Source: Amphiscolops sp. MND2022
Lineage: Eukaryota
Assembly (NCBI GenBank): GCA_964187785.1
Contig: OZ076409.1
Span: 68,636,001-68,700,000 of the forward strand
Reading direction: 5' to 3'
DNA: 64,000 bases
Shown: positions 1-12,399 of the stretch, piece after piece
Layout: each line of letters opens with the position of its first letter
Numbering within the stretch: the first letter of the stretch is position 1
Notes under the pieces: model-generated
The model's input: only the letters and a program-made list of their open reading frames with translations
What the model was told of the DNA's origin: nothing
The model's database searches: none
Position numbers and translations under genes: made by a program

Positions 1-1168
1 CAGACACCTCAGTTGTGCACGATTTCACTGGGACAGCAGGCGCTGGAACCGCTGCTGCAGCACCTTGCTGGGACTCACCATGTGGGTCAAGAATATGCTC
101 CGGGCGATGCACCACCAGCTTGCGTCTCGCGCAAGCACTCTGCAAGCAGCGCGCGGATTGCTCTAAGGTTGCGGTCTGTCTGTATTCAGGGGTTGTGTGT
201 ACTGACGCAGCCGGCATCGGCAATCGTGCCGACCGGCGTGCAAGGGGTGGCAGCAATTCATGCTGCGGAGCCACTGGTGACCCCGGCACTTGGTCGCTCT
301 GTAGGTACTGATAAGGTACAGTCTCGGTGCACCCTGGGTCACGAGGCTGTTGTTGGTGACGACTCCTTTGGAGTTCCTGTACAGTGAACCGAAGTGACTC
401 CACGGTAGGTGGGTCGACTAGATACGCCTCAGTCGCAAACACTACCGTCAGTTCTCGTTGCAACACGGGATCGCTGACCCCATCCATGAACCGATGCAAG
501 ATTTCATAGCGTCGGGTAGTGATAGGCTCATCAGGAAAACCCTGACTCCTCAGACCCTCTAATGCATCTAGATACTGCATCAGGCCCTCTTTCTCAAGCT
601 GATTCCGCAACCTGAAAGCCTGCCTCACTGGCCAGCGACTTTTCCCAGTCCCAAATCTGCTGGAGAGCAAGGTAGTCACCTTCTCGTGAGAATCCCGTTC
701 GGACTCCGGTTTGTTGATTATAAAACTCCGAGCTTCATCACCTAAGTGATCGATTATCGCCCAGGCCTTGTCGTCAGGTGAAGCATTGGAATAAACTCGC
801 TCCAAATACCGTTTCATCACGAACAACCACTCTTCAACAGTCCCGTCTTTCGAACCTCTGTATAAGGTTGGTCGAACAGCGGTTTGATCACGATTGGCAA
901 TCAAGGGAGCCAACGCTTTAGTTATAGTTTTGGATATCGCCTCCGTGATTTTCAACTGTTCGGGAGATATCAATTCATCTTTTGGGTCATCAGTACCATG
1001 ATTGCTCTCGAGCAACCCGCCTCGATCCCTAGGCGACGTGTGAGCCATGCCCATGGTTGCGTTGTTCAAAGATATCGAGGCCGGTTCATCGATTGGTTCT
1101 GCTGCGCTGGTCCCCTCTCCCCCCTTCAAAAAGAAGCAGAGGCGTTGGAATTGTTCCGAAGGTTTCAT
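1..1168 (-). CDS. gag: Gag-like polyprotein of a Ty3/Gypsy-type LTR retrotransposon; reading frame runs off the left edge of the window
   Basis: Manual translation of the minus strand is open from ATG 1168 to position 1. It is absent from the ORF track, probably because it has no stop. It contains ...RPTLYRGSKDGTVEEWLFVMKRYLERVYSNASPDDKAWAIIDHLGDEARSFI...LLSSRFG...LRNQLEKEGLMQYLDALEGLRSQGFP..., a retrotransposon capsid-like pattern, and lies downstream of a PBS and LTR. The true start is uncertain (in-frame TGA near 1240). Confidence 0.75.
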   Translation of the reverse strand, partial: MKPSEQFQRLCFFLKGGEGTSAAEPIDEPASISLNNATMGMAHTSPRDRGGLLESNHGTDDPKDELISPEQLKITEAISKTITKALAPLIANRDQTAVRPTLYRGSKDGTVEEWLFVMKRYLERVYSNASPDDKAWAIIDHLGDEARSFIINKPESERDSHEKVTTLLSSRFGTGKSRWPVRQAFRLRNQLEKEGLMQYLDALEGLRSQGFPDEPITTRRYEILHRFMDGVSDPVLQRELTVVFATEAYLVDPPTVESLRFTVQELQRSRHQQQPRDPGCTETVPYQYLQSDQVPGSPVAPQHELLPPLARRSARLPMPAASVHTTPEYRQTATLEQSARCLQSACARRKLVVHRPEHILDPHGESQQGAAAAVPAPAVPVKSCTTEVS

Positions 1169-3604
1169 TCCAGCGTTAGATGTAGCAGGATGTGGCTCAA
1201 AGGAGTCTTTCAGCAAACTCGGTAGCAACTTCGCCTCTCAACCTCGAGAGATTTGGGTATTTTGCAATTGCCCAAAAGAGTTCTCTGCAAATTTGGCGTA
1301 ATATTCGGCGTTGATGCTACTCGATACAGCGAAATAACACCAAAATGAGGCACCAGAGTGTTCAAAAAGGTGTCACACTCGGGCAATCCGCTCAAATTTG
1401 TCGTCACTAGGAAGTTGCTCCTCCCAAAATCTTGTGATTTTGGCTAAGTCGGAACACTCAGGGTCTCTTTTGGATATCGAAAACCCTGCTCCAGGTAACT
1501 CCTAGAGATTTTCGTTTGGAAAATGTAGTCCAGAGTGCGTCGCAGGCACTTTAAAACTGCTGCCTTGAACTGTTCAGGATCAAATTTCAAAGTTCCAGAG
1601 GAGTCCAAAATTTATGACCCCTGCCGGCAATTTTTTTTGCACCGTGGAATTTGCCTCGTTTGCACCCAGGAAGGTCTACTGGGTCCGTTCCGTTGGAAAA
1701 TGAAGGCTTTTTGGGTCTGTCTCCTGTACAGCGGATGTATTGAGGATTTACACTGATAGTTTTTCTGGCGTTTTCGGGATTTTCGTTCAAAACGTGTGTC
1801 TGAACAAAGTCAAATTCAGTTTTACCAATCGTACTGGGTACAAAATAACACAGCACGTTTCGTCAGCCACACAAGTCAGAAAAATAACCTTCTGTAGCTG
1901 ATAATTGCCTCCAGCTTCAAGCTAGAGCCTTTTTCAACGATTTTTGGATTTTTCAACTTTTTTCGAAAATTACTCGAATTGCTTTTACAAGTGCTGGAAA
2001 CGTGGTATCGGGCTCAAAATTGGTCACGCGATCACACGTACAGCCAGCTACACTACAAAAACAATCAATGAGAATTCAGACCACTGGGCAAGATTTAGAT
2101 CTGATACTGACGTTCCGTATCACCGTGTCTCAATATGCAGTGTTCTTCACGTGTCAACTCAGATTCCGGCAAACTGCAAAGAGCTCCCAAGCTCGTTTTT
2201 TCGGCAACAATACGATAAACTTGCACTGATTACGATAGTGGGCAGCAATTTGGCCCCACTCTTTGAATAAGGTGTTCAGGCAATCCCACCAGACTTCGTA
2301 GAATTCGCCTTCTTGCGCACCTTCTTGTGCAGTTTGTTTTAGTCAATTTCTCAACAGATACAATACCAATTGACACCAAACTTGGTAGACGCTGTCAGTA
2401 GGCACCAATCACGCTGTTAGAGTAGTGAAATAGACGGTGGTAGGCTTGCAGGGGGTCTCTAGGATTTGGCCCTCTGCTCGTCTCGGTGAGGACTTAAGAA
2501 AATTGATGTTTTTTCAACGTCCAAGATTTTTCAAAACACGTTCTAAGGCTCGTAGGCTGTTGAAATTTGCACAGCGCTTTCCCACAAGCACACTGGGCCA
2601 GAAAATTAACCTGGTTTAGGGCAAAAAGTCTCCAGTCACCCACAGGAAGAATTTCAAAGAATTTTTGGATTTTCCAAAAATCGCACAACAACTCTCCAGA
2701 GGCTCGTGTGTGCACTGGAATCGCCGTATCCAGCCCAAAATTGACCAGCAGATCTTAGGTACACGCAGGTTTACGAAAATAAACACAGAATTGAGCTGCA
2801 CCCCTTCTACACAGTTTCACCTAGGTACAGACGTGCGGTATCACTATGTACCAAAATACACTGTTTTTCACGTCTTTTTCAAGATTGCGGTCCACTGGAA
2901 GAAGCTAGTAAGCTCAAATTTTCTGCAGCAACGCAGGAACTAGCACAGGTTACGATGGTGGGCTGCAATATAGCCCCACCCGTCGGCTGAGGTGCCCGGG
3001 TTACTTGGAAAAATTAAGAAAAAACTGCCTTTTTGCGCACCTTTTTGGGTGCCACGTTTTTCCTATTTTCTCAACAGGTATCACACAGATCAGCACCAAA
3101 CTTAGTAGTCTATGCCACTGGGCACCTACAATGCCACTGATATGGTCGAATTGAAGCGCGAGCGCTTATTTGGGGTTTCGACCTACTATGTACGTTGTAC
3201 ACGAAAAAACACTGTTTTTGACGACTTTTTTCACAAATTGACCAAGAGGATCACCTCAGAAAGTGATACGGCGGGCAAAATGGGACCAACGTGTCGCCCC
3301 ACTATCCGTAGCACTGGGATAAACCCTCAATTGGTGGTGCCCGTTGGATATAAGGCACTGACAGTCCTGCAGTTTTGGATTTTTTCGGTCCTTTTACGCT
3401 TCTCTGAGGTCGAAATGTCAGAGAGCTTTTCTCGACTTTGGTGAGCGATACGCCCACCAAATTTTCGGCACTAACGTTAATTTTTGTGGTGGTTACGAAA
3501 ATGCAACCACTTTTTGGCTAGGTTTCAGGAATCGATGACCCGACCCTAGCTCAGAGACAGTCCGATTTTGTGGAAAATTGATCAAATTCAGTGCGTTTTT
3601 TCGC

Positions 3605-3973
3605 TTTTCTCAGCACTGAATGGGAGTTTTTACACGCGGTTTTCACCACCACGCGTTATTTTTGTGATAAAAACAGAAAAACAGAAAATAGAGCGCGGAA
3701 GCTCCTAGCTAACAAAAAGACAGAGTGCCCATGTGGTTTTAATTGTGTACTCAGACACTCCTGAAACTGACTAAATATCAAGGTTTTTCAACTTTTCTCA
3801 GCACTGAAAAGGAATTTTTGCACGCGGTTTTCACCACAATGCGTTATTTTTACTACAAAAACAGAAAATGAGAGCGCGCGGGCTCCCAGGTCTCGAAAAC
3901 ACTGAGTGCCCCAGAGGTTTTAATGATGCACTCTGGCACTCCTGAAACTGGCCAAAAATCAAGGTTTTTCGAC
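3605..3973. repeat. Diverged tandem duplication (2 x ~185 bp) in the retrotransposon leader
   Basis: TTTTCTCAGCACTGAA...CACGCGGTTTTCACCAC...CACTCCTGAAACTG...TCAAGGTTTTTC occurs at 3605-3792 and 3793-3973. Confidence 0.85.
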
Positions 3974-5050
3974 CTGTTCTCACCAAGAAAACGTTACAAA
4001 CTCACTTAAATCCTATTTTTGGTACTGTGGAGTGTGCCCCAAACTAATAGCAGCACGGAAGAGGCAATTACATCACAATCCAGCACTCTCCCAGTGGCAT
4101 TTCATAGTGGTTTTTTGCCAATTTCGCCAAAAACCGGGTTTTTTCATGCAAAATGTGTCTCAAAAAGGTCTCCAACGGCCTTTCTGGTTGTCGTTACATT
4201 ATGTAGCATAGCCCTCAAGGTTTTGGGCTGCTTTTTATTCATTTTTGCAACTGCTGTGGCTGATACTTCGAGCGCTCGCGCTCGTACCAAGAAAAGTACT
4301 CAAAAATGCCAAAAATCACGTTTTTGCGACTTTTGCACTAAAAATCGCACTTTTTTCACTGAAAACGGGTGCAAAAGCACACACTGAGTTGCAACAAGAA
4401 GAAACTAGGCTTACCAAACAATTCCCCGTCGAAAAAGGTTCATTTTCAAAATTTTCGCCCACCATGAGCCATTTGAGCGACACTTCTGGTCACAGGGGGT
4501 ACATCTTCACCACGTTTTTTCTCCACATCCAGACCAGATAGAGACACGCGGTTTGGACCATTAGCATCGTCTGCTATTGCACTTGCTGTCCACCAAAAAC
4601 CATGCCTCTAGGACGTCTCCACGAGAAATGGGAGTAGGAAGTAGGCAACACACGATTTGACCCCTCTGTCGCCTCGCTGGCTCGTGGCTAACCATCCACC
4701 AGTCACCTTCTTGCATGGCATAAAATGGCTGAAAATAGCTCAAAAAACCTGTTAAACACCCGTAGCCACGTGCTACGGTCCTCTACACCTGCAAAAAAGA
4801 TACCCGCTGATGGGAACCTTGCAATTTTAGACGATATCTGTCAACAAGTACCTGTTATCGAAATATACCAAAGGTACTCGGGAAAATCCCCCGAAAGACT
4901 GGAAGAATACCAAAATATAATGTCATATCATCTAAAAAATTTGGAAAAACTCTGGGTAAACGTCTCCTTCCAGAGTCCAATCGTTCTTGGCGTCCAATAC
5001 CAGGGGGTCGGAAATTTCAAAACCATATAATAGGGCAGTAATCGGAAGCG

Positions 5051-5068
5051 ATCCCTCTGTGGTCGCCA
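5051..5068 (-). other. Primer-binding site, tRNA-Arg-like
   Basis: Minus strand reads TGGCGACCACAGAGGGAT; plus strand ATCCCTCTGTGGTCG-CCA resembles the 18-nt 3' end of a eukaryotic tRNA-Arg. Confidence 0.65.
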
Positions 5069-5083
5069 AAAAATGAGGTCTCA

Positions 5084-5856
5084 TGTAACGGCAAGCAGTT
5101 ATCGGTCGCTTAACACGTTAACAGAGGTGGAGGAACCTGCAGGAATGGGTGATTCGCTCGGGACAGGCGCCCATCGCCACAGATCCATTTTGCCTCCAGG
5201 GGTGAAATACGTCCCGGGGCCGCGGGTGCTTCGACGAATACTGTCCAACCGGTCCTAGTCTTTGATTGCTAATAGTAACGGGCATCTTTCTGACTCTCTA
5301 AAGACCACCGCTTAACTAGCATATAAAAACAATGCCAAGAATAAGGTAAATTTCCAGTTCCAGGGTGACATGTGAATAAGATCTAAAATTGGGGAATAAG
5401 ATCTAAACTAGCGCTAACGCTACTGAATACAGCCAAAATCACTGAAAATACATGAAAACAGGCACGAATATGACAAACCACATAGCTAAAAAGCTGGGGC
5501 GCAGGGGCTCCAAGCACCAAACAAGGATCTTTAGGCGAAAAGACTCATTTTTACGGTTTCCGCTACATAGGGTAGCATTATGCTGAAAATCGATAAAACC
5601 GGTGTTAGCACCTCAAAAAGAGTCTATTTTCGGTCGTTCTTGCCGTCTCTGGCTTCTGTCATGGCGGCGCGCCCGTATTTTTGCTCGTTCTTGCTCTTTG
5701 TTGTCGAAGTACCTGCCAATTTCGTGGAAACAGCGAAAAGAGCAATCACATGCTCAGTGCCACGTCACACATCGGATTAGAATTTTTGACAAAATTTCTG
5801 AACATGTCAAAGTTGCAAAATCGGTTGATATTGCTGTACCAGAGCTTGCCGTTACA
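5084..5856 (-). repeat. 5' LTR (773 bp)
   Basis: Bounded by a perfect 13-bp inverted repeat TGTAACGGCAAGC (5084-5096) / GCTTGCCGTTACA (5844-5856), giving TG...CA termini; next to a PBS. The partner LTR is outside the window. Confidence 0.7.
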
Positions 5857-6011
5857 ACAAATTGTGTTTTGACACTGCAGAACTTTTCTGTTGAAGTCTG
5901 TAGATGCAAGTCAAAACATAATGCAAAAATCTATAAAATACGTCAACGAGAAAACTGGTTGCTCATATAATAACCCTGAATGGATCATGGTGCAAACTTT
6001 TGAAAGCACTA

Positions 6012-7096
6012 TAGCGTATGACAAAAAATGAGAAATGCTGTTTTGATGCATAACACGAGGAAAAGTAACAACAAGAAAAGAAAAACTACTCCGTTGTAAA
6101 GGTCTTCTGTCTGTTCATGGTCAATTTTTTCTACCAGCATCCATTTGTACACGCTGTCTAAACGTTTTGTAGGTCGTATCGATCAACTTCTTCCTCAACT
6201 CGAAAGTCACATTTTGATTTGTTTTTTGTTAATATTGGCGCAATTTGTCCATATTACTGTTTATCTCGATTTCATGTTCTTGGGATCCGCTAGAGGTTTT
6301 ATATTGTCCTTAAGTGGAATTTGGTGGGGACTGCAGAAACTGTACTCCATAGTGATTCAAAAACCGTTTTGTCGAAGCTGCCGTATGGTTGCCTCATTTT
6401 CTTTCAGAATTCAAGGTTGCGGATAGAGTCTCTTCACATTGGGAAAGACGTTTGCTTGGTCTTTTTTGCAATAACAGTCACGTTGTTCTCGTAAATGTGA
6501 ATATAAAACCTTTTCATTGATAAAGCCCCCCACGACATAACTTTTTGAAATGATGGGCACATTTGTGGCAAAAGTTTTTGGGTTCCAGACATGTTGACCT
6601 GTCAGTAAAATCTTCGCGTGCTGTCAATTTGTGGTGTGTTTCTCTTCAAATCGTTTTTGGATGCCGAAGCCAGAAAATAACGGGTTTTCGAGAGCAATCT
6701 GGGCAGTCTATTCTTTTCGTGATCCGAAAATTTAGCCTGTTAAACTTCCGTTCACTTCCAGGTGTCCACTTCAAGCCATCACCGTTTTCGCATTTTTAAT
6801 TTTTCGATAGACTGAACATAACGGTATTCCCAATTTTTCTGATAGTTTTTCAGGATCCTTCGTTCCATGTTCGTAAACATATTCAAGTAGAAAGGTTTGC
6901 TTGCTCCCTGTTAAAATTGTGATGGAAAATGGTCGATTTCTGGCAAACTCAACTTGTTATGAACAAACTAAAGAAGCTATCTTAAAGCTTGCATGATAAT
7001 GGACAATTTTTAATTTTGGAACATTTTCACAAAAACCATGGATTTTTAAAGTAGTTTTTCTGGATTAGGTTCATTCTCGTTTTTTGTCATACGCTA
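6012..7096 (-). mobile_element. Decayed Tc1/mariner DNA transposon
   Basis: TIR TAGCGTATGACAAAAAA at 6012 and TTTTTTGTCATACGCTA ending at 7096, with TA on both flanks. Broken transposase-like motifs on the minus strand (MSWGAL, ENEATIR, QSPPNS). Confidence 0.7.
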
Positions 7097-8929
7097 TAGC
7101 TAAACGTATGAAAAAAAAACTTGAAGAGGTTTTTTTAGACAATATCACAGAGCATTGCATGCATTTTCACGGAGTATCGACTTGATGTCTCTAAAATCAA
7201 GAACTCGGGGTCAAAAAAGTGAAAAAAAATCGAGTGGAGATTTTCGGTTTTTCACTTTCAGTTTGTGGAAACTATATCCCATTGATATCAAGGTTGGGTC
7301 GATGCAGTTCTAGCATGTTCCGAAACATACTGAATTGCAACCGAGAGAGACGGGTCATGCAAGGTTTTGGCGCAACGACCGGAACAAGTGTGGCCGCACT
7401 ATCAAGCTCCGGCCCTAAAGTTCAGAAATGAAATCGAAAGCCCTGATTGTCTTCTTTCGAACGCGCTATAAATCGTTTGTCGGACTTCAATAGTTAAAAA
7501 AATATTGCGGTTTAAAGGTGAAGTATCAGATTGTTTGGATGGCTGCGGAAATTAATTGATCCATTGACGGTTTAGCGGCTCATGAGTTGCACCTTATATA
7601 ATCAGGAACCGACTTGTCTTCACGAGGAAAAAGGAAATATATGACATTATTTGGATATTATACGTTCATGAAACATGATTTATCACACTGCGTTGACTAG
7701 CTGAACTTTCTGAATTAAATACGAAATTTTCAGGTGAGGCAAATTAAAAAAAAGTTTTATGGAGTGCAAGAATGATAAAACTGATTAAAAGTTGATATTT
7801 GATGTCCTAAAACAAAAAACCAACAACCTGCTTCTGATTGTTCGATTAAATTGAAAAACCGCTGTAACATTGAGTGCTTCTATGGACGGGTGGTCTGCAG
7901 ACCAAACCAGCACAGTCAAAAGCGTCAAGAGCGCCCCAGTCAAAAGTGTCCATTTTATGCAATCATAAGCGTCCCTGTTGGAAAAGCCCTACAGAAAACG
8001 TTTCGCTAATTTTCGAGCTGATTTCATGTCTTTACATAAATCTAATTGAAGGTGTTCAACGAAAACAATAATTCACTGGTAATGCCAGGTTTGAGATTTC
8101 ATCACCTGAAAATCTAAATTTAAAATGACTTAAACTGTTATTTTGGCGTTTCTGAACAAAATAAACCAATTTCTTAACGGATAAATTTGTCAAGGCATTC
8201 TTTTACAATGAAAAACTGATATTCATATAGTTGGATAGCAATCTTATAGCTGGTAAAAAGTCAGAAAGTCCGCTGTAGCTTTTGATTGGGCCTCTTACGA
8301 CAATCGGTGCGTTTGACTCTGGATTTTGGGTGGAGCGCTAATCTTCTACGGATTTCTTTTTTTTTAGTGCAATCAATCTTTTATACAATCTTGGATAAGT
8401 TTCGAGACATAAATATCAAAAATCCAATAACTTGAAGCGGAGTTTGATAATATTACGTGTAAAAGATGAAACCGCAAAAAAGTTTTATTTTATTTATTCT
8501 TGTTTTTTTCCATAATTGTCTTGGCCATCTTTGACCTTTTTAAGTTTTTTCTAAAACTACCCGAACAAAGCAATTAAAATGAATTCTCTGAAGTTGTATT
8601 ATCTTGCAAAACATAGAAGATGAGAAAAGTTCGGAGTATTGTTAGTTTTGGAACTTTTGTTTCAATAATTTCCACTATTTTTTCAGCTGATATCATGACA
8701 ATTGATCAATAATTCGCAATGGATTAAAATTAACTTGCATCTTTTGAAAGCTTTTTAAAGTAGAAACTTCCCAGAAATGCCGAAAAGAAGTTATTAAAAT
8801 TCATCTGATTGGCTTTTAATATAGATTTTATCACCTGTACAACTAGTAGCTTTAGAAATAGTTGTGTTCGTGCAAACGGGTTGATTAGTAGTTTTTGAGA
8901 TTTTCAAAATTGCAATGATTAAAACATTA

Positions 8930-9023
8930 AGTGGGAAAATAGTCAGATGATAAAATTAATTTAATTTGATAAAGTATACTTTATCAAATTAAATTAATTT
9001 TATCATCTGACTATTTTCCCACT
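8930..9023. repeat. Perfect 94-bp palindrome (47-bp arms, no spacer)
   Basis: AGTGGGAAAATAGTCAGATGATAAAATTAATTTAATTTGATAAAGTA|TACTTTATCAAATTAAATTAATTTTATCATCTGACTATTTTCCCACT; centre between 8976 and 8977. Confidence 0.95.
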
Positions 9024-9572
9024 ATAGTAGCATGATTCAAAGAAACATTTCTTTCGAAAGAAATGTAATTCAAAACTGTAAGTGCAAACTGTTTGGAAAA
9101 AGAAACATTGACTGTTTTTACCCCGGGTTTGTAATATAAAATCGCTATTAATTATTCAATTAATTTCCAGTCGGTTTAGTTGTTTCACTCATAATAAATT
9201 TTTATTTTTCACAGTTTCATGATTTCAAATTGCGAAGAATAGGTTTTGATTTTCCATAATGAATGGTGGAAATCAATATCATCAGTATGATATAGTAATA
9301 CAAGATCAGTAAAAATCATTCAAAAACGTTTTGATTTTGCAAGAATATTTACTCCCTAAGAACCAAAAGTTGAGAAGAACCATAAAATCTATTTTTCGAC
9401 TTAATAAGAGTTCTATAAAAAATCAAGGTTAATGTGAAGTTTTTCCAAAATTTTACTTCTGGTTTACATTAACCAATATCCTGTTTTTTAGATTCCACCC
9501 CAACGTTTATAAGATCATCGGATTAAAGATTATGATCTTTGCAATCAAAGATTCTCTCGAATTCTACTGATA

Positions 9573-11144
9573 ATGTTCAAACGCACGGCTTGGGTCGACA
9601 CTTTGGATAAAAACGAAACATCCAACGTTGAGCCGACAAAGAGCTGGACCGATTCCCTGGACAACTACTTAGTCGCAAATACCCTTGGATGGTTGAAGCA
9701 GTTCATAGCTTGGCGCTACCTCCTGTTTTTTATCCTGTGGTGTTTTTGCATAGTCCTTTCGTTCGTTTTCATCAGCAGTACTTTTCTGGAATATCAGCAA
9801 AGTGGACCTATAACGACTACAACCTTTGCAGACTACCCCGAAAAACCAGACCCCGTGATCGTCAAAATTTGCAACAGCGTCTTCCTGGACACTCAGAAAG
9901 TACTGGAATATAATGGAACTGAGTTTGCTTATAATACGTATGAGTTCTTATACGAAGCAGCTTCCGGTAATTTCATGTTTGATGATTCCAAATCGGTCAT
10001 GTCAACTTCGGTTAACGATATGTTTTTCCTCAGTAACAGGATTATAGAAGAATTCAAGCTGGATATTGACATGTTTGTGGGATCTTGCTATGTTGTGGGA
10101 ACCTATAGGGACTGCATTCAAGATTTCAAATGGCATCTGGATATAGAAACGTCATGTTACCAAGCACAGATAGATCTTGGAGGTTACGGCAGAAATCGGG
10201 CTCTCAAATTGGGTTTCTTTTTCAACCCTGAAATTCAACTGGGAAAATATATATCACAAATGGGAGCTTATGTGACGATCTTCCATCCTGATCATTATAT
10301 ACCTTACTCGAGTGGGTTTTTCATAGAAACCAAGGATTTCATAATTGTATCGGCAACAACCGAACATAAAGTTCAGAAACAGTCTTTTGAGAAAGCGAAA
10401 TGCAGAATGGTAGAAGGTCCTTTGTCTTATAACTACACAGGAGAACCATTCGAAGTCAAGTACAACAAAGAATACTGCTCAATACTATGCTCTGCAGAAG
10501 CATACTACACTGAATGCAATTGCTCACCCTTTTATGGTATGAACCAAACCAACACCGAGTGTCTTGAAGACGAGCAAACCCGGATGTGCTTGAAAGGCCT
10601 GGGAGTATCACCGGACAGAGTGGAGAAAGCGAGCCAGAAATGTATGACTGGATGTTTAAACAAGTGCAAGCAGACGTACCTGAGAACCACAGTTTACAGA
10701 GAAAGAAACAAGTACACTAAGTTCAAGTTTTTAACTCTACTTCATGACTTGACCACCCAGTACGAGTACCAGTCCAGAATCTCAGCCTACATATCCGGAA
10801 GACTTGCAGCAACTGACAACATTTTGGAAGAAGCCGACAAACTCAAGGATGGAATTGCTTACGTCACTTTCTACCTACAAAGCAACGAACAAGAAGTCGT
10901 GGTTGAAGTTGTACCTTTCATGACCTTTGCGACCTTCGTCAGTAACATTGGAGGACTTCTGGGTCTCTGGCTCGGTTTGAGCGCCATATCTATTATCGAA
11001 TTTTTACAGAAGGGTTCTAATTATATAATTCTCATGCGAAACACCCTTAGTCGTCCCTACAGCCGAAAACCGAAGCATTCTGGTAAAAATGGTCAATTTT
11101 CACAACACCACGACAACTCAAAACCGAAGGCAGTGTTCGGTTGA
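9573..11144 (+). CDS. DEG/ENaC (amiloride-sensitive sodium channel family) subunit, paralogue 1; coding region intronless, 523 aa
   Basis: Hydrophobic TM1 (YLLFFILWCFCIVLSFVFI), post-TM1 PDPVIVKICN, Cys-rich thumb (CSILC..ECNCSP..ECL..C..C..C..C), and TM2 with FVSNIGGLLGLWLGLS (GxS selectivity filter). Confidence 0.92.
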   Translation: MFKRTAWVDTLDKNETSNVEPTKSWTDSLDNYLVANTLGWLKQFIAWRYLLFFILWCFCIVLSFVFISSTFLEYQQSGPITTTTFADYPEKPDPVIVKICNSVFLDTQKVLEYNGTEFAYNTYEFLYEAASGNFMFDDSKSVMSTSVNDMFFLSNRIIEEFKLDIDMFVGSCYVVGTYRDCIQDFKWHLDIETSCYQAQIDLGGYGRNRALKLGFFFNPEIQLGKYISQMGAYVTIFHPDHYIPYSSGFFIETKDFIIVSATTEHKVQKQSFEKAKCRMVEGPLSYNYTGEPFEVKYNKEYCSILCSAEAYYTECNCSPFYGMNQTNTECLEDEQTRMCLKGLGVSPDRVEKASQKCMTGCLNKCKQTYLRTTVYRERNKYTKFKFLTLLHDLTTQYEYQSRISAYISGRLAATDNILEEADKLKDGIAYVTFYLQSNEQEVVVEVVPFMTFATFVSNIGGLLGLWLGLSAISIIEFLQKGSNYIILMRNTLSRPYSRKPKHSGKNGQFSQHHDNSKPKAVFG

Positions 11145-12399
11145 TGAGTCATTCAACAATAGAAAACTCTGTTTCATAGATTTCGTCATAATCATATTTG
11201 GTTTTTAATTTATTCATCTTCAATAGTCTGGTTGAAGTGCAGTCAGAAACAATCAATCAACCCAGGAAACTCAAATTAAATTCAAAAATGTAATCCCCTT
11301 CAATATTGGAGAAGAAACACTTCAAAAGCAAAATTTTTGTTCGGAAATATACTTTTCTCGAAGTTATCTATTTTGTTCAACTCTTTATGTATCGACAGAG
11401 TTGAGTAAAGTGTGAGAGAGACTTTTCTTTTTTTCCAAACTTAGTTATAAAACATTCAGCCATATTTTGAATAAGAATGGCCAAATAAACCATTGACAAT
11501 CATCTCCACGAAACCGCGGGAGCCAGTGTTCTGAGAATGAGCTATTCTACATCAGAAAACTGTTTCGTAGATGTCATCATGTTCCAGAAAGCGTTGCGCA
11601 ATTTTCAACAGAAGCTACGCGTGTTCGGCGGTTTGAGAGCAAAATCAAGAAACCTTTGTCTTTCGGAAACGAAATCATGTTGGTTTTGATTTTGAACAAA
11701 ACATTTCTCAATCAAGGAAATTAAATAAGGAAAAATTGAAAATGGGAATTCTTCATAATTTTATGGATTTGTTCTGATTACCTCTTTCAGTACGTTGTTC
11801 CAGAGGGGCACTACCTACCGGAAAAGATTATTATTTTCCGTTTTCCTCAGAAACCAAAACGAGTTTTACACGGAAAGTTTTTTTTTCTTTTCCTACTCAG
11901 TTTCTGCCAATAGCTACTAGAAGTGCTGATGGAAAGCTGAAACGTACGTTCCAATTTGCCAGGAAGAGAACGTGAGTTTCTAAGCAGTCAGTGAGTTTCT
12001 CTGCATGTGCGTGTGGTCAGAATCGTGCACGAAAGGACACTTGTATGTGATTGGAAAGGTGTAGGGAAGACCACATATCATATGATTTCTATTTTCCATC
12101 CTTTGTCTTGCATCTTCTTAGACAGCTATATAATTACACGAAGCTAAACAAACTTTATGGGCTAATTTTTGTCCAGTCTATCCGTCAACTCGTTTCGTCT
12201 ACTGCTGTGGATTTATCTCTAAACTGTCGAAATTGACAATGGAAAAGTAGTTTGAAACTTAAACCTCACCACACACAAAACTTGAACCTCCAAAAGTTTG
12301 ACTGCAAATACATCATCGAATCTCTGAACTTTGCGTTTCTCAGAACGTTTGTCAGCTTGCAATGGAGATAGGAACTTCGAAACCTTCTGAACCCTCAGA

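Larger units (their letters stand above)
1..5856 (-). mobile_element. 5' portion of an LTR retrotransposon (LTR, PBS, long leader, gag)
   Basis: LTR 5084-5856, PBS 5051-5068 and gag 1-1168 are all in minus orientation. Confidence 0.7.

Noticed and set aside
13..1301. Plus-strand ORFs of 84-124 aa
   Set aside because: Antisense shadows of the minus-strand gag frame.
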